64,000 nt of DNA from the NCBI GenBank assembly GCA_051362555.1, contig CM120640.1, positions 54,600,788-54,664,787 on the forward strand, in the 5' to 3' direction. Source of the stretch: Lingula anatina (taxonomy: Eukaryota > Animalia > Brachiopoda). Both the position numbers and the translations under genes were made by a program. Positions 61,001-64,000 of this stretch are shown piece after piece. Below the pieces are notes generated by a model, which saw only the letters and a program-made list of their open reading frames with translations, searched no databases and was not told where the DNA came from. Every line of letters begins with the position of its first letter. Positions within the stretch are counted from its first letter, which is position 1.

Positions 61001-62300
61001 GTTTTCTGACAGCACTTATTTAGACTCCGCTCACATGAAAAATCTATTTTCTAAATATCTATTTTCTATTCACGGTATCTTGTGATGTGCTGGAGAATTA
61101 ATTACAGCTTTGGAAGTAACTGGCTCGCGCTGCCAGTAATTACACCACAGGGTATTCAGGGCACAGACCGTGATCACAAGATACCGCAAATAGAAAATAG
61201 ATTTTGCATGTGAACGGTCCCTTATTGACAGCATTTATAATAAAATGACAGATAAATAAAATTATTCCAACAAAAAACGTATATTTACCAGCTATCTGTT
61301 TTGGTTCTATGTCAAAAACTGATACACTGTAGCCCCCACTGGCAAACAGCATGGCCCACTGTCGCCCAATCAAGCCACTGAAAAATAGTAATATATAAAT
61401 CGTATTTATATCATCTGTGCACATTGGTAGATAATGCAATTATTTTAATTTCCATCATTTTATTATTCTGGCTTTCAAATTTTTTTTCATTCAAAGCACA
61501 TGGGTTTGAATAATGCACGCAAAAGTAATATATGTAAGTCTTCATGGAGAACAGAGAATTTGTCTTAAAACTACACACAATGAAAATATTTCAAAATGAC
61601 ATAAAAACCCTTAAAACAAAAAGCACAGGGAATGTTTGAATTATTGACAATAGCAGGGACTGTGCTTGGAAGCTACATTTGATTTTTTAAAGTCTGCTTG
61701 AACTTTTCTTTTATTTTGCTACACATGTGTGGTATTTCTAAGTCATTAAAATTTGTGTTATTAGTGCTAATTGTTGGGTGGCAAAAAGAATTGTGTGCAA
61801 GTAGCCTAGATTTTTCTACTGGTAAATAGTTACAAGCTAAAAACACACATAAGAGAAGCGGCTGACATATGAGTTTGACCTTTGAACTTTCACCAACACC
61901 CCTATTACGACACATACACAACATTAACACCTGTGTGTATACCACAGTATAGCCATGACCCAGTCCTATATTACATGTGTAAGCCACTTAATTGTTGAAC
62001 AGTACATGCATGCCATGGCGGCTTACCGCGCTCTTCCATCATTTCTGTTCACATTTGTCTGTTTTGCAAGACAGTGAATGTAAAATATGAATAGGAGTAT
62101 GATAATTTGGAATATCAGACTAGACTAGTATGTAAATCTGCAAACGTATACTACATGTACCAGTATGCTACTGTTTGCGAACGATGGAGTGACCTAAAAT
62201 GTACTTGTAAGAGACTTAGTGTTGCGTTTAGTTGGTCATCATGTAGACCTGCAATAAACTGAAGTTACTACCTTCCCACGACCGCTACTTTGTCACGCAT
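55013..62300 (-). CDS. CRYL1: Lambda-crystallin homolog / L-gulonate 3-dehydrogenase
   Basis: Exons (minus): 62272-62300 ([10 protein letters not shown]), 61289-61377 ([16 protein letters not shown], Rossmann GxGxxG), 60638-60783, 60086-60247 (ECIPE...LASSSSC...VAHP), 59159-59353 ([14 protein letters not shown]...[10 protein letters not shown]), 55767-55872 ([21 protein letters not shown]), 55013-55227 ([14 protein letters not shown]). Confidence 0.96.
55899..58577 (+). mobile_element. Helentron/HINE-like composite element with internal ~0.9-kb duplication in CRYL1 intron
   Basis: T-run, then tgtacagacaca..tgtgtctgtaca hairpin and a (gatggc/gatgcc)n microsatellite, then tandem units (caggtcaagttcgaaaatcagcatgatcgg). 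The 3' end is tgtctgtaca + cagctttgctg hairpin + ttgttt. Segment ~55915-56810 is repeated at ~56830-57965. Confidence 0.72.
58819..59067. mobile_element. hAT-like MITE
   Basis: caggggcgtaac ... gttatgcccatg imperfect TIRs with an internal G-run. Confidence 0.55.
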
Positions 62301-62609
62301 TTTTAGTCTTGAGGTCTGAGAGGCGTTTCGTTGAAGTGTACTGCTAGAGCAAGGTTCAAGTATTGTTGTGTGCAATGTGTTGAACCACAACCGGGCACAC
62401 CTAATGCAATCATCTTTAAATAAAAAAGGTCTTAACGTCAGATTTCAAGTACAATTTTCAAGATCGCGAGCACCTTTACTGCTTACATGTCTTGTCAAAA
62501 CGTAAATAAAAATTGACAAAATGAAAACTATCTACCAAAATTATATTAACAAAGCGCCTCAATTTAACTTTAATTGTTTCTCTTGTGTTTTTTATACGTA
62601 ATATTACTA

Positions 62610-62739
62610 CCCTCTACCAGGGCAACATATTGATTTTTCACTAGATATTCACTGATATGTCACTGGCTTATTTATTGCACGTTCTCGCGCTAGAGTAAAG
62701 TGCACATAATAATTATTAATCTGCGGCCCTGGTAGAGGG
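62610..62739. mobile_element. Small inverted-repeat element upstream of CRYL1
   Basis: ccctctaccagggc ... gccctggtagaggg 14-bp perfect inverted repeat. Confidence 0.55.
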
Positions 62740-63179
62740 CAATATAATACCCAAATGCTTTGAACAGTGACAGAGATCTCTGGAAACTCATACTTATTCA
62801 TTCTCAATATTAAGGTCCATTAAGCATTTTTATTATTATCTTATTAAAAGCGAGCGAGCAGAAGAAATTTTGTACAAGTGGAACTTAACGAATATCAGTC
62901 AAACACCTTAAAAATAAAAATAGATCTTTGTTACTCAATTCTCCAATCGATCTAGTTCATTTTTACTAAAGCAGAAAATATACAACTTGTCGGGAAGCGA
63001 GTATGGTGTCTAACTCTAACGTCCCAGAAAATGTCTCGAATGTTTATTTCAAATAACTCAATAGCTTGCGGCTTGCTTCTTGGTGTCGCCGGATTTTTAA
63101 AAAATTGCAAAACTTCCTATGCGTCTTTTGGCGCACGTCATTATATTTTAGTTGTTTGATTAATTTTTTTAATTTTATT

Positions 63180-63180
63180 C

Positions 63181-63222
<42 letters not shown>
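63180..63222. repeat. (ATT)n microsatellite
   Basis: Direct reading. Confidence 0.9.
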
Positions 63223-63224
<2 letters not shown>

Positions 63225-64000
63225 TTTCTTATTCTTTAGCCATAAATAAAATCCTCAATTTAGTTTCATCCATACTATATGTAGCAAGATAATATGGTGA
63301 CAAGACACAGTCAAAAGTTATGGACGAAACACAGCTAAACTGCATTCTCATATACAAAGTAATTTGCAAAACCTTCGTTACCAGGCTTTGCGAAAAAATT
63401 TACTGAGGTTGAGGAAAAATGTGACAGTACAATAAACTTGCATCTCGTAATACCTCTTAACACATTTTAATACCCCTTAACACATTTTAATTTCTTCTTT
63501 TTTTTTTTAGTATCAATAACGTGCGAATGTTATCCAAAAGGGTTGTTATTTTTAAAACTTTCGTTACCAAAATAGGCTAAACCTTTGCTATTACTAGCAA
63601 GGCACAAATTTAAAAAAGTTTTCAGTGATTTATTTTAAAAAGGCAGATGTATTCACTTTCTGTCACCAGGGATTTAGGATAAGTAGAATTTGCGATTATA
63701 TCTTTAACTTCATTTTTCACTTTTCTGTTTTCTTCAAATGGACCTATATATATTGAGAATGAGTGACTGCAGTTGTCTAAACAACGTGTGTGGCAGCCAG
63801 GTGAACTGGTATAAATTTCAAGACAAAAAAGTGCCATCGTTCCAAAGAATGGCATAAATAGGAGTGATAGAAAACTCAAATGTCGTGTGAAGTTGATCAA
63901 TCAACCTACCACTATCACAGTATAAAATTGAGGAAGTTCCAACAGCAACTGAACACAGCGTAGGCAAGGAATTTTTCTAAGTGAAATAACTGACTTGGTA

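Noticed and set aside
62020-62060. Possible alternative first or extra CRYL1 exon (ATGATGGAAGAGCGCG|gtaagc)
   Set aside because: Phase is incompatible with exon 61289-61377, and inclusion would break the GxGxxG motif.
63622-63900. 92-aa minus-strand ORF with a hydrophobic stretch
   Set aside because: No recognisable family, no ATG start and no convincing splice context within the window.

Overview
AT-rich, intron-rich animal genomic DNA, probably an invertebrate (the repeat types resemble mollusc genomes; this is inference). I reconstructed genes by hand from GT-AG exons. In order: two tandem SLC22/Orct-type organic-ion transporter paralogs (+; the first is truncated by the window start), NAGLU (alpha-N-acetylglucosaminidase, GH89; -), a tRNA-Ala(CGC), an inversin-like ankyrin-repeat/IQ gene with an N-terminal FCS/TRASH-like zinc finger (-), a head-to-head gene with a single ~3.1-kb coding exon encoding a >1000-aa mostly disordered protein (+), and CRYL1 (lambda-crystallin/L-gulonate 3-dehydrogenase; -). 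Introns and spacers hold many non-autonomous DNA transposons: an Academ-like element, self-nested Harbinger-type MITEs, a near-perfect ~1-kb foldback and Helentron/HINE-like elements. The main discovery is that NAGLU carries two separate pairs of tandemly duplicated, intact, phase-0 exons (23803-23952/23216-23365 and 21449-21535/21224-21319). They encode alternative versions of active-site-lining segments, and TGCATG (Rbfox-type) motifs cluster between the members of each pair. This suggests a mutually exclusive splicing system that produces up to four catalytically distinct enzymes from one lysosomal hydrolase gene.
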